A stretch of 64,000 bases of DNA from a phage. The position numbers and the translations under genes are program-made. Within the stretch, counting starts at the first letter, position 1, and every line of letters begins with the position of its first letter. The notes beneath the pieces were generated by a model. The model was not told the DNA's origin, did not search any database, and was given only the letters and a program-made list of their open reading frames with translations. Where the stretch lies: the sequence record PZ386965.1. The stretch is one strand, 5' to 3'. This document shows, piece by piece, positions 30,187 through 38,811 of this stretch.

Positions 30187-30217
30187 ATTTACCTCAAGTT
30201 AATGGTTATTTATCTAC

Positions 30218-31207
30218 TTATTTATAGTAAGAATTATGATTTTCGAGATAGACTTGCTCAAGGAAATCATCCCAGAAACTCATATCTACTTTTTGTTGCA
30301 TACCATTCTTGGCAGCTTGTTCTGACGCATGTTCAACTTGGTCAACGATATCTTCTAGGAATTCTTGTACAGTTTTAAACGTATGTTTACCAAGCTTAAC
30401 ATCGAGAATAAATGGAGCATCTTGAAGTGGGTAAACCAGGTCGCCGGTTTTGTAAATTTCCAATAATTGAAGTCCACCACGACATGCATGACTCAATGCT
30501 TTCCAGTCAATACCTTCGTTAGCTTCTGCCTTACGAGCACGTTCACCATAGTTCTCTTCTAGTTTAACCAGGATGGCATTGAACTCTTTATTGGTTAACG
30601 TGTCTTGGAATTTACGGTCTAACAGATTATAGAATGTTTGCTTACCTGTTTTCTCGTTTTCGGTTTCAACCCACGAAGCAAATTCACCTACAGGCAGAAC
30701 ATTCTTCATATGTGATAAACGAATTACTGCACCATTATCAAAGTATTGTCCCCATTCATTAGAACGTTTAAGGGCTTGACGAAGAACAGCCAGTCGAGAA
30801 CCCTTGACACCGTATTTAGAAGCTTGCTTACGGACATACCCTAAATAAGATTTCATGTTAGTGGTATAGAAACGAGACCTGTTATCTTGAATATACTTCC
30901 ATACATCAGGCAAATCAGATTTAACTACTAGACTTGGTGGAGTGTGAAGCATATCTAATGCGACGGTTTCACCATCCGCAGCTAGTTTAAAGAAATATTT
31001 GAGACTATACAACTCATGGTCTACGTCGTCTTTTGTGTTCTTAGAAGATGTGTTATTCGTGTTCTTGCTCATGTGTTCTTTAACGTTACCGGTCAAGATA
31101 TCACGAGCATGAGGGACATAAATTTCTTTAAAATCGACGTCAGATTCAGGAGTAGACGTTCCATAAAGGTGGCTACCAAAGTAGCTTTTCATAATTGTTT
31201 TCATCAT
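30218..31207 (-). CDS. Pol-beta-superfamily nucleotidyltransferase-like protein
   Basis: GS-x11-DxD at N-terminus (YFGSHLYGTSTPESDVDF) typical of minimal nucleotidyltransferases; 329 aa with helical C-terminal domain. Confidence 0.6.
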   Translation of the reverse strand: MMKTIMKSYFGSHLYGTSTPESDVDFKEIYVPHARDILTGNVKEHMSKNTNNTSSKNTKDDVDHELYSLKYFFKLAADGETVALDMLHTPPSLVVKSDLPDVWKYIQDNRSRFYTTNMKSYLGYVRKQASKYGVKGSRLAVLRQALKRSNEWGQYFDNGAVIRLSHMKNVLPVGEFASWVETENEKTGKQTFYNLLDRKFQDTLTNKEFNAILVKLEENYGERARKAEANEGIDWKALSHACRGGLQLLEIYKTGDLVYPLQDAPFILDVKLGKHTFKTVQEFLEDIVDQVEHASEQAAKNGMQQKVDMSFWDDFLEQVYLENHNSYYK

Positions 31208-31677
31208 TTAGCCTTATATTCAAGAGTAGGACAGACTTTTTCTTTACGAGCTTTAAGGTATTCACCTATTAATGATTTCTTACGTTCAATAGGTTCAAGT
31301 CCATTTTTAATTCGTTCTTGGTTTTGCGCAATGAGCTCAATTTCTTTATAATATTTTCTGTCGTTATATTTGTCTAATAACCAAGATGGACCAATTACCG
31401 CCCCGACAGCAATAAGAACCATTACTGATATTGTTAAAATGCCTATACCAATTGAAGCAGGAACTAATGTCCATAAACTACTAAAGACAAAGAATTTAGT
31501 TAAAATTTCTTGGCCAATGATTGCGGCACCTGCTAAAGTTGCAAATCCAACAATTGAAACAGCCAATACCGGAATAAACGTTTTCCAAAAATAAGCACAT
31601 AATGTTTTCGGACGATTCCATGTACTATTGAACGTGGCATAAATTTTAAAGTGCCAAGAGTTTTCATTGATAATCAT
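31204..31677 (-). CDS. membrane protein
   Basis: Two long hydrophobic segments. Confidence 0.55.
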   Translation of the reverse strand: MIINENSWHFKIYATFNSTWNRPKTLCAYFWKTFIPVLAVSIVGFATLAGAAIIGQEILTKFFVFSSLWTLVPASIGIGILTISVMVLIAVGAVIGPSWLLDKYNDRKYYKEIELIAQNQERIKNGLEPIERKKSLIGEYLKARKEKVCPTLEYKAK

Positions 31678-31686
31678 AATAATTCC

Positions 31687-32229
31687 TTATTTCAAAGTCG
31701 GGATAATAGAATCGAGATAAGCTTTAAGAGCAACTGCTTCATCTTTGTCTAATGTAATGATATGTTGACGAAGGTCGTCAATTTGACGAATAACTACAAC
31801 ATCACCGTCTTCATAAGAAGGATTAACGCTCAGGACTGTTGTATAGTCAGGGTTGTCCTGATTTGTAATAAAAGCATTACGACATTTAGCCCATTGAAGT
31901 TTGGCCTTTTTGGCTGTTTCAGATTCCATGAATTCTTTCACTTTAGCGACGAATGTTTTCCAATTATTAATAGAAAAACATTCGTCTTCTGTTTCGATAT
32001 TAACCCCACTATAAAGTCCGTGATAAAAACGAACTTGAAGGTCTTCATCAATGTTAATTACAGATGCATGGCCTGGTGGATTGAGTTTCAAAATCTTGTC
32101 CAGTTCCATAGGAAGAATAGTAACAGCATCATCTTCTTGCGTCAGAACGTAAGCATAACCGCGTTTTTCAATACATAAATCACCAAACAATTCAGTTGTT
32201 TCAATTACAGTTTTCATATTATTCACCAA
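31687..32229 (-). CDS. hypothetical protein
   Basis: 180-aa ORF. Confidence 0.55.
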   Translation of the reverse strand: MVNNMKTVIETTELFGDLCIEKRGYAYVLTQEDDAVTILPMELDKILKLNPPGHASVINIDEDLQVRFYHGLYSGVNIETEDECFSINNWKTFVAKVKEFMESETAKKAKLQWAKCRNAFITNQDNPDYTTVLSVNPSYEDGDVVVIRQIDDLRQHIITLDKDEAVALKAYLDSIIPTLK

Positions 32230-32399
32230 TTAAAGTTTCAACAAAATTCACCAAAGCATTCTGGCAAGCGTCAACCTGATTTTCATAAAAGTCTCCGTTA
32301 TCATTTACCGCATGATAAGCTACATCATTCAAATCTGAATCGGCTTCACGTAAGTCATGGATAAGGTCCATCAATTTATTAGCTTGTTCACGGGTCATT
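32222..32399 (-). CDS. small acidic protein (~59 aa)
   Basis: ORF MTREQANKLMDLIHDLREADSDLN... below track cutoff; coordinates approximate. Confidence 0.3.
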
Positions 32400-32520
32400 T
32401 TACCATACTCGTTTCAATAAGATTCACTATGCCGTTTACCATGTTATAAGTAAACATCGGATAATTGTATTGTACTACAACATAAGCGATAAGCAAAAGT
32501 TTCATTTTGTTCTCCGTTCG

Positions 32521-32566
32521 TTTTGATAGGACTACTATAACATAGTCCTATCAAGTTGTAAACTAC
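32521..32566 (-). promoter_or_regulatory. early promoter / stem-loop cassette (high-identity copy)
   Basis: TTGATAGGACTACTATAACATAGTCCTATC + GTTGTAAAC. Confidence 0.55.
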
Positions 32567-32799
32567 CGATTGTGTTTTAAATGTTGATAAAGTTCTTCAA
32601 CTTGTTTAGGGTCCAAAACAATTAAGTCATTTTCTTGACGAAGATAAATCCATCCCTTATCCCCAGGGCCATTTTTACAAAACATCACCGTCGTCATATC
32701 GTCATCTTCAGCGCTTTCAGGTAAAAGTTCAAGTACACCATCTTCAGATTTTCCAGTATAATCGTAAAGCATAATATCCTCACATAATCTCGTTAACAT
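32563..32799 (-). CDS. hypothetical protein
   Basis: 78-aa ORF. Confidence 0.5.
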   Translation of the reverse strand: MLTRLCEDIMLYDYTGKSEDGVLELLPESAEDDDMTTVMFCKNGPGDKGWIYLRQENDLIVLDPKQVEELYQHLKHNR

Positions 32800-32959
32800 A
32801 CATTTGCAATTCGGTGTGCGTATCAGCCATCTTTTTCATAGCTCTGTTAATGTCGATGTCTCCATCTTCGCAACCATGAGCATTTTCCCAATCAGATACC
32901 GCATTAGCGTACTCTTCAATCAAAAACATTAACTTAGAAATTTTTTCTTTACGTGACAT
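32780..32959 (-). CDS. hypothetical protein
   Basis: ATG with GAGGAGAA RBS just downstream of cassette. Confidence 0.45.
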   Translation of the reverse strand: MSRKEKISKLMFLIEEYANAVSDWENAHGCEDGDIDINRAMKKMADTHTELQMYVNEIM

Positions 32960-33030
32960 AACGTTCTCCTCTAGTAAGTAAGGTCTACTATAACACAACC
33001 TGAGGAAAAGTAAACTGCTAAATGCCAAAA

Positions 33031-33058
33031 AGCCCCAACCTTTCGGAAGGGGCTATTA
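33031..33058 (-). terminator. rho-independent terminator after rI
   Basis: AGCCCCTTCCGAAAGGTTGGGGCT hairpin followed by TTTTTGG. Confidence 0.7.
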
Positions 33059-33060
33059 AA

Positions 33061-33363
33061 TTAGATAGATGTAGGCTCTAATTTTATTTTCATGAACTCA
33101 GCAAATTGTCTGGCGGTTTTTATGCCTTGTTCATGACATTCAAATGCATCATCACAGGGACTATTTTTGTAATGCTTTGCCATATACTTATAGAATTTTT
33201 CAGAATTCTCGACATTTTGAATTTCAAACAAAGTATATACGTTTTTAATCCCTGATTCCATAAAGTTATCAAAATATGGGTCGATATGTGCAGTACCAAC
33301 GATAGGAGTTGTTGCTGCAAAAAACCCCAGCATCGCTATGACAGCTATCGCTCTTAAGGCCAT
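33061..33363 (-). CDS. rI: lysis inhibition regulator RI (antiholin)
   Basis: MALRAIAVIAMLGFFAATTP signal-anchor then DPYFDNFMESGIKNVYTLFE, collinear with T4 RI. Confidence 0.85.
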   Translation of the reverse strand: MALRAIAVIAMLGFFAATTPIVGTAHIDPYFDNFMESGIKNVYTLFEIQNVENSEKFYKYMAKHYKNSPCDDAFECHEQGIKTARQFAEFMKIKLEPTSI

Positions 33364-33375
33364 ATAGGCCTCCTG

Positions 33376-33588
33376 TTAATTTTGGCCAGTATTTATTTTT
33401 CGCCTTTGGACGGCCTTAACATCTGTGAGGTATTTTTCCAGCTTGCGCTTGCGTGTATAATCAGCTTTAGAACCAGTTTGACGGATATCCTCATTTAAAT
33501 GAGAAATAGAATGTCCTAATTCTCTTCGGATTTCATCCAATTGGGTTACAGTAAGATTACGAAGTTGTCTTTCGTTTAATTGCTGCAT
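33376..33588 (-). CDS. hypothetical protein
   Basis: 70-aa ORF. Confidence 0.5.
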   Translation of the reverse strand: MQQLNERQLRNLTVTQLDEIRRELGHSISHLNEDIRQTGSKADYTRKRKLEKYLTDVKAVQRRKINTGQN

Positions 33589-33615
33589 ATATACCTCTTG
33601 GTTAGATATTAGTAT

Positions 33616-34197
33616 TTATAACAACCCTGTCAAATCATTCCAATGCTTCCGGCATAATGACACGTATCTATCAGTATCACCAATTTCAATTTGACTGCCA
33701 TCTGTAATTGGAAGTCCGTCTTCCGTGACTCTAGCTACCATTGTGGCCTTTTTACCACAATGACAGACACCTTTAAGTTCAACAAGCTTATCGGCAATAG
33801 CCATTAATGCTTGAGAACCTTCAAATAGATTACCTTTAAAATCTGTTCGTAGTCCATATGCCATTACTGGCACATTGTATACGTCAACAATACGACTAAG
33901 TTGATACACCTTTTCAGTAGTTAAGAACTGAGCTTCGTCAACAAATACACAATGAATATCCTTTTGTGCTGCAGCCCATTTATAGAATTCAAAGATGTCC
34001 ATGTCTTTTGTAATTATATTGGCATCCTGACGAATACCAATACGAGAGACTATTTCACCTTTTGAATCACGAGTATCAATAGCCGGTTTAAGAACTAATA
34101 CACCCATGCCACGTTCTTTATAGTTATGTGCAGCAGTAAGTAATGAAGCAGACTTACCGGCATTCATAGCGGCATATGTAAAAATTAAACTAGCCAT
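33616..34197 (-). CDS. tk: thymidine kinase
   Basis: 193 aa; P-loop YAAMNAGKS; C-terminal zinc cysteines. Confidence 0.95.
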   Translation of the reverse strand: MASLIFTYAAMNAGKSASLLTAAHNYKERGMGVLVLKPAIDTRDSKGEIVSRIGIRQDANIITKDMDIFEFYKWAAAQKDIHCVFVDEAQFLTTEKVYQLSRIVDVYNVPVMAYGLRTDFKGNLFEGSQALMAIADKLVELKGVCHCGKKATMVARVTEDGLPITDGSQIEIGDTDRYVSLCRKHWNDLTGLL

Positions 34198-34206
34198 AAG
34201 AGTCCC

Positions 34207-34389
34207 TTATAGTGAATTCACGTAGTCAATGAGTTCTTGTTCTTTCCTGTCAAATGATTCCATCAATGCGTGATATTCTTCGTCCGTCAAAGGAGCATAT
34301 TCATCGTACGCATTGGTGGCTGCTTGTTCATCCAATAGGTCATGGATAAGTTCGAACAGTTTAGCTTTCTCTTCTTTAGTTAATTTCAT
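34207..34389 (-). CDS. hypothetical protein (tk.x)
   Basis: Track ORF. Confidence 0.45.
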   Translation of the reverse strand: MKLTKEEKAKLFELIHDLLDEQAATNAYDEYAPLTDEEYHALMESFDRKEQELIDYVNSL

Positions 34390-34598
34390 TTAGGTTCACC
34401 TTCTTTAACGAAATCTGGGTAAGGGTAAAATCCTGAGTAAAATCCTTCACCTTTATGATTGCTACAACCTTTGTTCGAACAGTAACACCAATAATCAAAA
34501 TCACAAGCCATTTCGTCATTGCATAAAGCAAAAACTACAGGCCATTCGCATTTTTCGCATTTAGCACCTGTAAGAATTTTTGTTTGGCTCATAACCAT
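34386..34598 (-). CDS. cysteine-rich small protein (tk.x)
   Basis: CEKCEW...CDFDYWCYC...CSNH. Confidence 0.5.
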   Translation of the reverse strand: MVMSQTKILTGAKCEKCEWPVVFALCNDEMACDFDYWCYCSNKGCSNHKGEGFYSGFYPYPDFVKEGEPK

Positions 34599-34816
34599 GT
34601 CACCTTTAAGCAGTATTCTTCTACATGCTGTTTACGACCTTTCTTATCAATAAAGGTATATTCAACGAATGTTCCAATGTAGTCTTTATCTACGTCATGT
34701 GGACTATTAATTGGACATTTAGTACGACAAATGCGTTCCCATTGACGAATAATTACTGCTTTATTTTTAGGATCAAACGGATGTGGGTAATGCACATTCA
34801 TAATAATGGTTCCCAA
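34589..34816 (-). CDS. hypothetical protein (tk.x)
   Basis: Track ORF. Confidence 0.45.
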   Translation of the reverse strand: MGTIIMNVHYPHPFDPKNKAVIIRQWERICRTKCPINSPHDVDKDYIGTFVEYTFIDKKGRKQHVEEYCLKVTWL

Positions 34817-35265
34817 TCAACAATCACAATTTCTAGTTTAGTGGAATATGTATCAAGAATTTCTTCAATGATATCCCAGTTTCCACCACCTATACCTGCA
34901 CCAATTCTTGGCATATAAATTACAGGCTTTGTTATCTTATTTTTTCCGAATTCATTTAATTCTATTATACAATTCATTAAAGCATAGTACTCAAAATTAG
35001 GTCCCGGCTCAAACTGTGTATAAAGATTAAAGCAATAAGCTTTATGGGTCTTAAAATATTTTTCATAAACCGAATAAGTCCCGAGTTTAGACTCATCTCC
35101 GAATTCGGTTTGAAGTTTATCGGCTTCTAAAATTTTTGGATAAGCCTTTGCCAATTGACCTGCTACACCGGCGCCCATTGTATGAAAACAATTGCACCCA
35201 TGAGCAATATTATTACCTTTAGAAAACAGGGCGATATTGTCGCCCTTGATATAGTTTTTAATCAC
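34798..35265 (-). CDS. macro-domain protein (ADP-ribose binding / hydrolase-like)
   Basis: Aligns by eye to macro motifs: NIAHGCNC..MGAGVAGQLAKAYP (cf NAAN..GGGVxGAI..AAG) and RIGAGIGGG (cf ISTGIYGYP). Confidence 0.6.
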   Translation of the reverse strand: MIKNYIKGDNIALFSKGNNIAHGCNCFHTMGAGVAGQLAKAYPKILEADKLQTEFGDESKLGTYSVYEKYFKTHKAYCFNLYTQFEPGPNFEYYALMNCIIELNEFGKNKITKPVIYMPRIGAGIGGGNWDIIEEILDTYSTKLEIVIVDWEPLL

Positions 35266-35605
35266 TTGCTACAAGTCCTCTAGTATAAGAGTCAACTAGA
35301 CGGTCCACCATAGAATTGCATGCTGCCTTATCTTTAGGTTCCGCCACCGAGCATTCTAATATTTGCCATTTTTTATAGTATCTTTTAATTAAAGTAGACG
35401 CCTTGAACCTACTAGACGCCCCATCTTTTTCTCCGTCTTTATATGCATATAACAATTTTTGTGAAAAATCTACTTTACACTCTTGACTTTTACCACAATA
35501 ATCAGACGCCGTTCTGTTTGTATACTCCGTTACATCAGTATATGTAGTATTAGCAAGAGCGTTAAATGAAACCAAGCCAACTATTAAAGCCAACATTTTG
35601 GTCAT
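35258..35605 (-). CDS. secreted protein in vs position (115 aa)
   Basis: Signal peptide; same length and position as T4 Vs, identity not verifiable from memory. Confidence 0.5.
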   Translation of the reverse strand: MTKMLALIVGLVSFNALANTTYTDVTEYTNRTASDYCGKSQECKVDFSQKLLYAYKDGEKDGASSRFKASTLIKRYYKKWQILECSVAEPKDKAACNSMVDRLVDSYTRGLVASD

Positions 35606-36144
35606 TCTTTTATTTCCAGTAGTTTATTTGATTTAAGGTAATTAGCCTTTTCTAGGACTTCAGAAGCATATTTACTTCCAGCACTTGTCTTCCATCCCGC
35701 ATTATATGAGGATATAGCTTTTCTTATATCCCCGTTATGTATATTTAACCAATAAGAAAATTCGATATAAGCCCATCTGGTTGAATTAGACCGCTTAGAT
35801 AGCATTTTCTTAATTTGGGCATCAGACATATTATAACCAAGCTGGTTAATTCTTGCCCTCATTGTTGGTAGATAATTTTGGAACATTCCATACGCATGGT
35901 GACCTTTCTTATCTTTAAGATTAATACCGGCAGATGATTCCTGCCATAGTATTGCGGCCATTATGTATCCAAGTCCTTTCTTATGCATATTTTCATGCGT
36001 TTTAAATTTTCCATCCTTAGAAAACTGTTCCCCAAACTGATAAGCATAATTCAAGTTATCGAGTTGGACATTACTAAAAGTATGCTCGGAGCTATGTGCT
36101 GATAATGAAAGAGCAAATAGACCAGCGAGTAGTGCTTTTCTCAT
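35602..36144 (-). CDS. secreted lytic transglycosylase-like protein (SLT domain)
   Basis: Signal peptide; SLT motifs WQESSAG, AYGMFQ, YNAGW. Confidence 0.6.
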   Translation of the reverse strand: MRKALLAGLFALSLSAHSSEHTFSNVQLDNLNYAYQFGEQFSKDGKFKTHENMHKKGLGYIMAAILWQESSAGINLKDKKGHHAYGMFQNYLPTMRARINQLGYNMSDAQIKKMLSKRSNSTRWAYIEFSYWLNIHNGDIRKAISSYNAGWKTSAGSKYASEVLEKANYLKSNKLLEIKE

Positions 36145-36152
36145 GTTTACCT

Positions 36153-36611
36153 CTAGATTTTAATCACTGCTTTAGAAGCTTTTCCTGGTAGTCGTTTATT
36201 GTTAATAATAGCCATTCTGCATTGAAGAGTCTTCATTTTGAATGCTGGATTTTCGCGACAAACTGTAAGTCCTAACCAAAGATTTCCATCAGTTATTTCT
36301 AAACGGCCTGGGCGATATTCGACACCTTCGACAAAATCTTCATCAACATCTGGACGTGCCGGCATTGATAAAAATTCTGCAACTTCTTTAACATGATTTT
36401 TTACTTTACGAAATAATTCAAAAACGTAATTCTCATCTATTTCTCTCTGGATGGCACGATCTAAGAGATGTTGAGAATACTTGATATGAAAGCCCGGTAG
36501 TCCAAGAGACTTTGCAGCATCTTTTATACTGGCATTTATTTTGCGGAACTCCGTTTCAAAGATTCGACGGAGTTTATTGCGGCGGATAAAAACGTCTGAA
36601 TTGATAGTCAT
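36153..36611 (-). CDS. regB: endoribonuclease RegB
   Basis: 152 aa in T4 regB position and size. Confidence 0.7.
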   Translation of the reverse strand: MTINSDVFIRRNKLRRIFETEFRKINASIKDAAKSLGLPGFHIKYSQHLLDRAIQREIDENYVFELFRKVKNHVKEVAEFLSMPARPDVDEDFVEGVEYRPGRLEITDGNLWLGLTVCRENPAFKMKTLQCRMAIINNKRLPGKASKAVIKI

Positions 36612-36623
36612 TTTGATTTCTCC

Positions 36624-36668
36624 TCTAGTTGACAGGTCTATAGTAACACAACTAGAGGAGAAGTAAAC
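36624..36668 (-). promoter_or_regulatory. early promoter / stem-loop cassette
   Basis: TCTAGTTG..CAACTAGA inverted repeat, GTTTAC -35 on minus. Confidence 0.5.
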
Positions 36669-36967
36669 TACTCTTTGAAAGGAATTAACTTTTTAACTGC
36701 TTTAGATACTTCGTCACGAACCTGGTGGAAGTTCTTGAGCTGTTCAAGGCGTTGTTCGTAATACGCAATCTCATCTTCTTCAAGACAATCGTCAGCGTCT
36801 TCTTTCAGATATGCCTTGTACTCATTAAAGAGGGCCCATAGGCGATTCTCAAAGTCATCAAGGCTTTGAATTTTCTTGTGCTTCGGAACAAGGCCAAAAG
36901 GATTGCTTTCAGTTATGCGTCGAGATGCTTCATAATGAGTTCCAAAGCCTGATAGGATTTGAGCCAT
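36668..36967 (-). CDS. hypothetical protein (vs.x)
   Basis: ATG overlapping upstream stop (TAATG). Confidence 0.45.
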   Translation of the reverse strand: MAQILSGFGTHYEASRRITESNPFGLVPKHKKIQSLDDFENRLWALFNEYKAYLKEDADDCLEEDEIAYYEQRLEQLKNFHQVRDEVSKAVKKLIPFKE

Positions 36968-37212
36968 TAGTATTTTTCCTCTGGTTGAAATACCGCACGA
37001 CAAGCCCACATACTAGCTTCCTTTAGGCGTTCTTTAGCACAGTTCAATTGGGACAAAGCCGTCAGAGCTTCAGGAGTATTTGCTGATAATGCTTCTTCTG
37101 CCAGGGCGTCTAGAATAAGTCCTAAACGAACTTCGGCATCTTTAATAGCGTTCACTTTACCGATTTTATCATCGGTATGCGGCTTGTAGCCTTTGATGTC
37201 TTCAATCGACAT
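36967..37212 (-). CDS. small helical protein (vs.4 position; possible Acb2-like sponge)
   Basis: 81-aa ORF with coupled start; position only. Confidence 0.4.
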   Translation of the reverse strand: MSIEDIKGYKPHTDDKIGKVNAIKDAEVRLGLILDALAEEALSANTPEALTALSQLNCAKERLKEASMWACRAVFQPEEKY

Positions 37213-37426
37213 AAGGAATTTCCTCATCTGTGGCAAGGTCATATTCGACCAATTGGATAGGCTCATTAATACCATATCCACGTACAGTGATATCAGTTGT
37301 CGGATAGTTTCCAGTAATATCACCCATTCTAAATGCTTCAATGAATGATTGCTCGCCTGAGCAACTAAACCAGGCGGCAAAACATTTTAAAACATCTTCA
37401 GACCCTTCTATAATCAATTTAGTCAT
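37202..37426 (-). CDS. hypothetical protein (vs.x)
   Basis: 74-aa ORF. Confidence 0.45.
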   Translation of the reverse strand: MTKLIIEGSEDVLKCFAAWFSCSGEQSFIEAFRMGDITGNYPTTDITVRGYGINEPIQLVEYDLATDEEIPYVD

Positions 37427-37788
37427 TATAGACTCTCGGTAAAGGTACGAGCGATAACGTCGCGCTGCTGTTCCGGAGTCAGAGAGTTAAAGCGAACTGC
37501 ATAACCGGATACACGGATGGTCAGCTGCGGATATTTTTCCGGATGCTTAACTGCATCTTCCAGAGTTTCACGACGCAGAACGTTAACGTTCAGGTGCTGA
37601 CCACCTTCAATTTTAACTTTAGGTTGATGTTCAATTTCAATTTCACGAGCATTCAAACCGTAGAAAATTTCTGGATCTACAATAGCGTCTTCTTTAAAAG
37701 TCTTAGAGACAATAATCCGGGCTTGAGTACCGTCTTCAAAATAAATAGTGCCTTTATGTTCACCTTCAAGAATTTGATATGCTTTCAT
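37426..37788 (-). CDS. autonomous glycyl radical cofactor (GrcA/YfiD-like)
   Basis: C-terminal glycyl radical motif RVSGYAVRF in ...[60 protein letters not shown]. Confidence 0.9.
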   Translation of the reverse strand: MKAYQILEGEHKGTIYFEDGTQARIIVSKTFKEDAIVDPEIFYGLNAREIEIEHQPKVKIEGGQHLNVNVLRRETLEDAVKHPEKYPQLTIRVSGYAVRFNSLTPEQQRDVIARTFTESL

Positions 37789-37794
37789 ATAACC

Positions 37795-38103
37795 TCAATT
37801 AGAAAATAAATTTATCCAAGTTTTTTCTTTAATCAAAAATGGGTCGGAATTAAACGCCATTAAACTTTGGGTGATTAATCCTTTAAATGGCCCATCAATA
37901 AATTCCATTTTGAAATGCGGAATACTAGTCATCAACCGTGCATTAGGAGCGGTACAAAGAACCTGCTGCCCTGCGAACGGACCTTTAGTCAAACGGTATC
38001 GTTTAGGTTTAAAATGGTAAATCTCATAATTTTCTACAAGTGCCCTTTTATTGCATACTGGACTGTTATAACAATATTCAAAAACTTCAATAGTTGTCAT
38101 CAT
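37795..38103 (-). CDS. hypothetical protein (vs.x)
   Basis: ATGA-coupled start. Confidence 0.45.
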   Translation of the reverse strand: MMTTIEVFEYCYNSPVCNKRALVENYEIYHFKPKRYRLTKGPFAGQQVLCTAPNARLMTSIPHFKMEFIDGPFKGLITQSLMAFNSDPFLIKEKTWINLFSN

Positions 38104-38639
38104 TGCATTCCAATCACAAAAAATTGAGGACGAGCAATACCACCGATGCAATATTTGCTTTTGCAACAGTGTTGGACTGTTTTAATATGGATGTCGTAAA
38201 TCTTATCCATATCAGGAGCTTTAATAGGCTCGTCAATTATGTACAGAATACGAGAAAGTGTTAATCCACGGAATTTATGTCCTTCATTACCAATAAAACT
38301 ACGGACAGAATCAGTAAATAAACGGAATCGAATATCATCGCTAGAATATCGAGAAAATTCTTTTTCAATGTTGCCAGCAGAAATTTTAGCATAAGCTGAA
38401 GTATTAGAAAGAACAATAACCGTTCCGCCATCATACAACCAATTAGCAGCAAAATTAGTCACAGCAATTGATTTACCTGATTGTCGGCCGCCGTCTAAAC
38501 GAAGTGTACAGTACTGCTTGAGTACGTCTTCAAATGGTGGGACATAACCGTTCTTACAAATTTCTTCTACTCTAGCATCAGAATGGTGTGTAAAAGCATT
38601 CATCAGGGATAGATAAGGTCCAGTTAAAAATGTTCTCAT
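38100..38639 (-). CDS. P-loop-containing hypothetical protein (vs.x)
   Basis: GGRQSGKS Walker-A-like. Confidence 0.5.
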   Translation of the reverse strand: MRTFLTGPYLSLMNAFTHHSDARVEEICKNGYVPPFEDVLKQYCTLRLDGGRQSGKSIAVTNFAANWLYDGGTVIVLSNTSAYAKISAGNIEKEFSRYSSDDIRFRLFTDSVRSFIGNEGHKFRGLTLSRILYIIDEPIKAPDMDKIYDIHIKTVQHCCKSKYCIGGIARPQFFVIGMQ

Positions 38640-38811
38640 ATTATTTCTCTTAAGGTTTGGGCCATTCCGTGGCACATGTTAGGTCCTTCGACTCGCTATG
38701 TAAACCCATTACCGCATTGCGCTCGACCTTATTACAGGTTGGAAAAGGTACATCACTCAGAGGACTCGACGTTCATGAGGAGAGGTTGCGTTTCCCTTTA
38801 TTAGGCAAGAA

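Noticed and set aside
35258-35605. Firm identification of the 115-aa ORF as the valyl-tRNA synthetase modifier Vs
   Set aside because: Only position and length match T4 vs; I cannot recall the T4 sequence well enough to confirm, and the apparent signal peptide leaves the assignment open, so the symbol was left blank.
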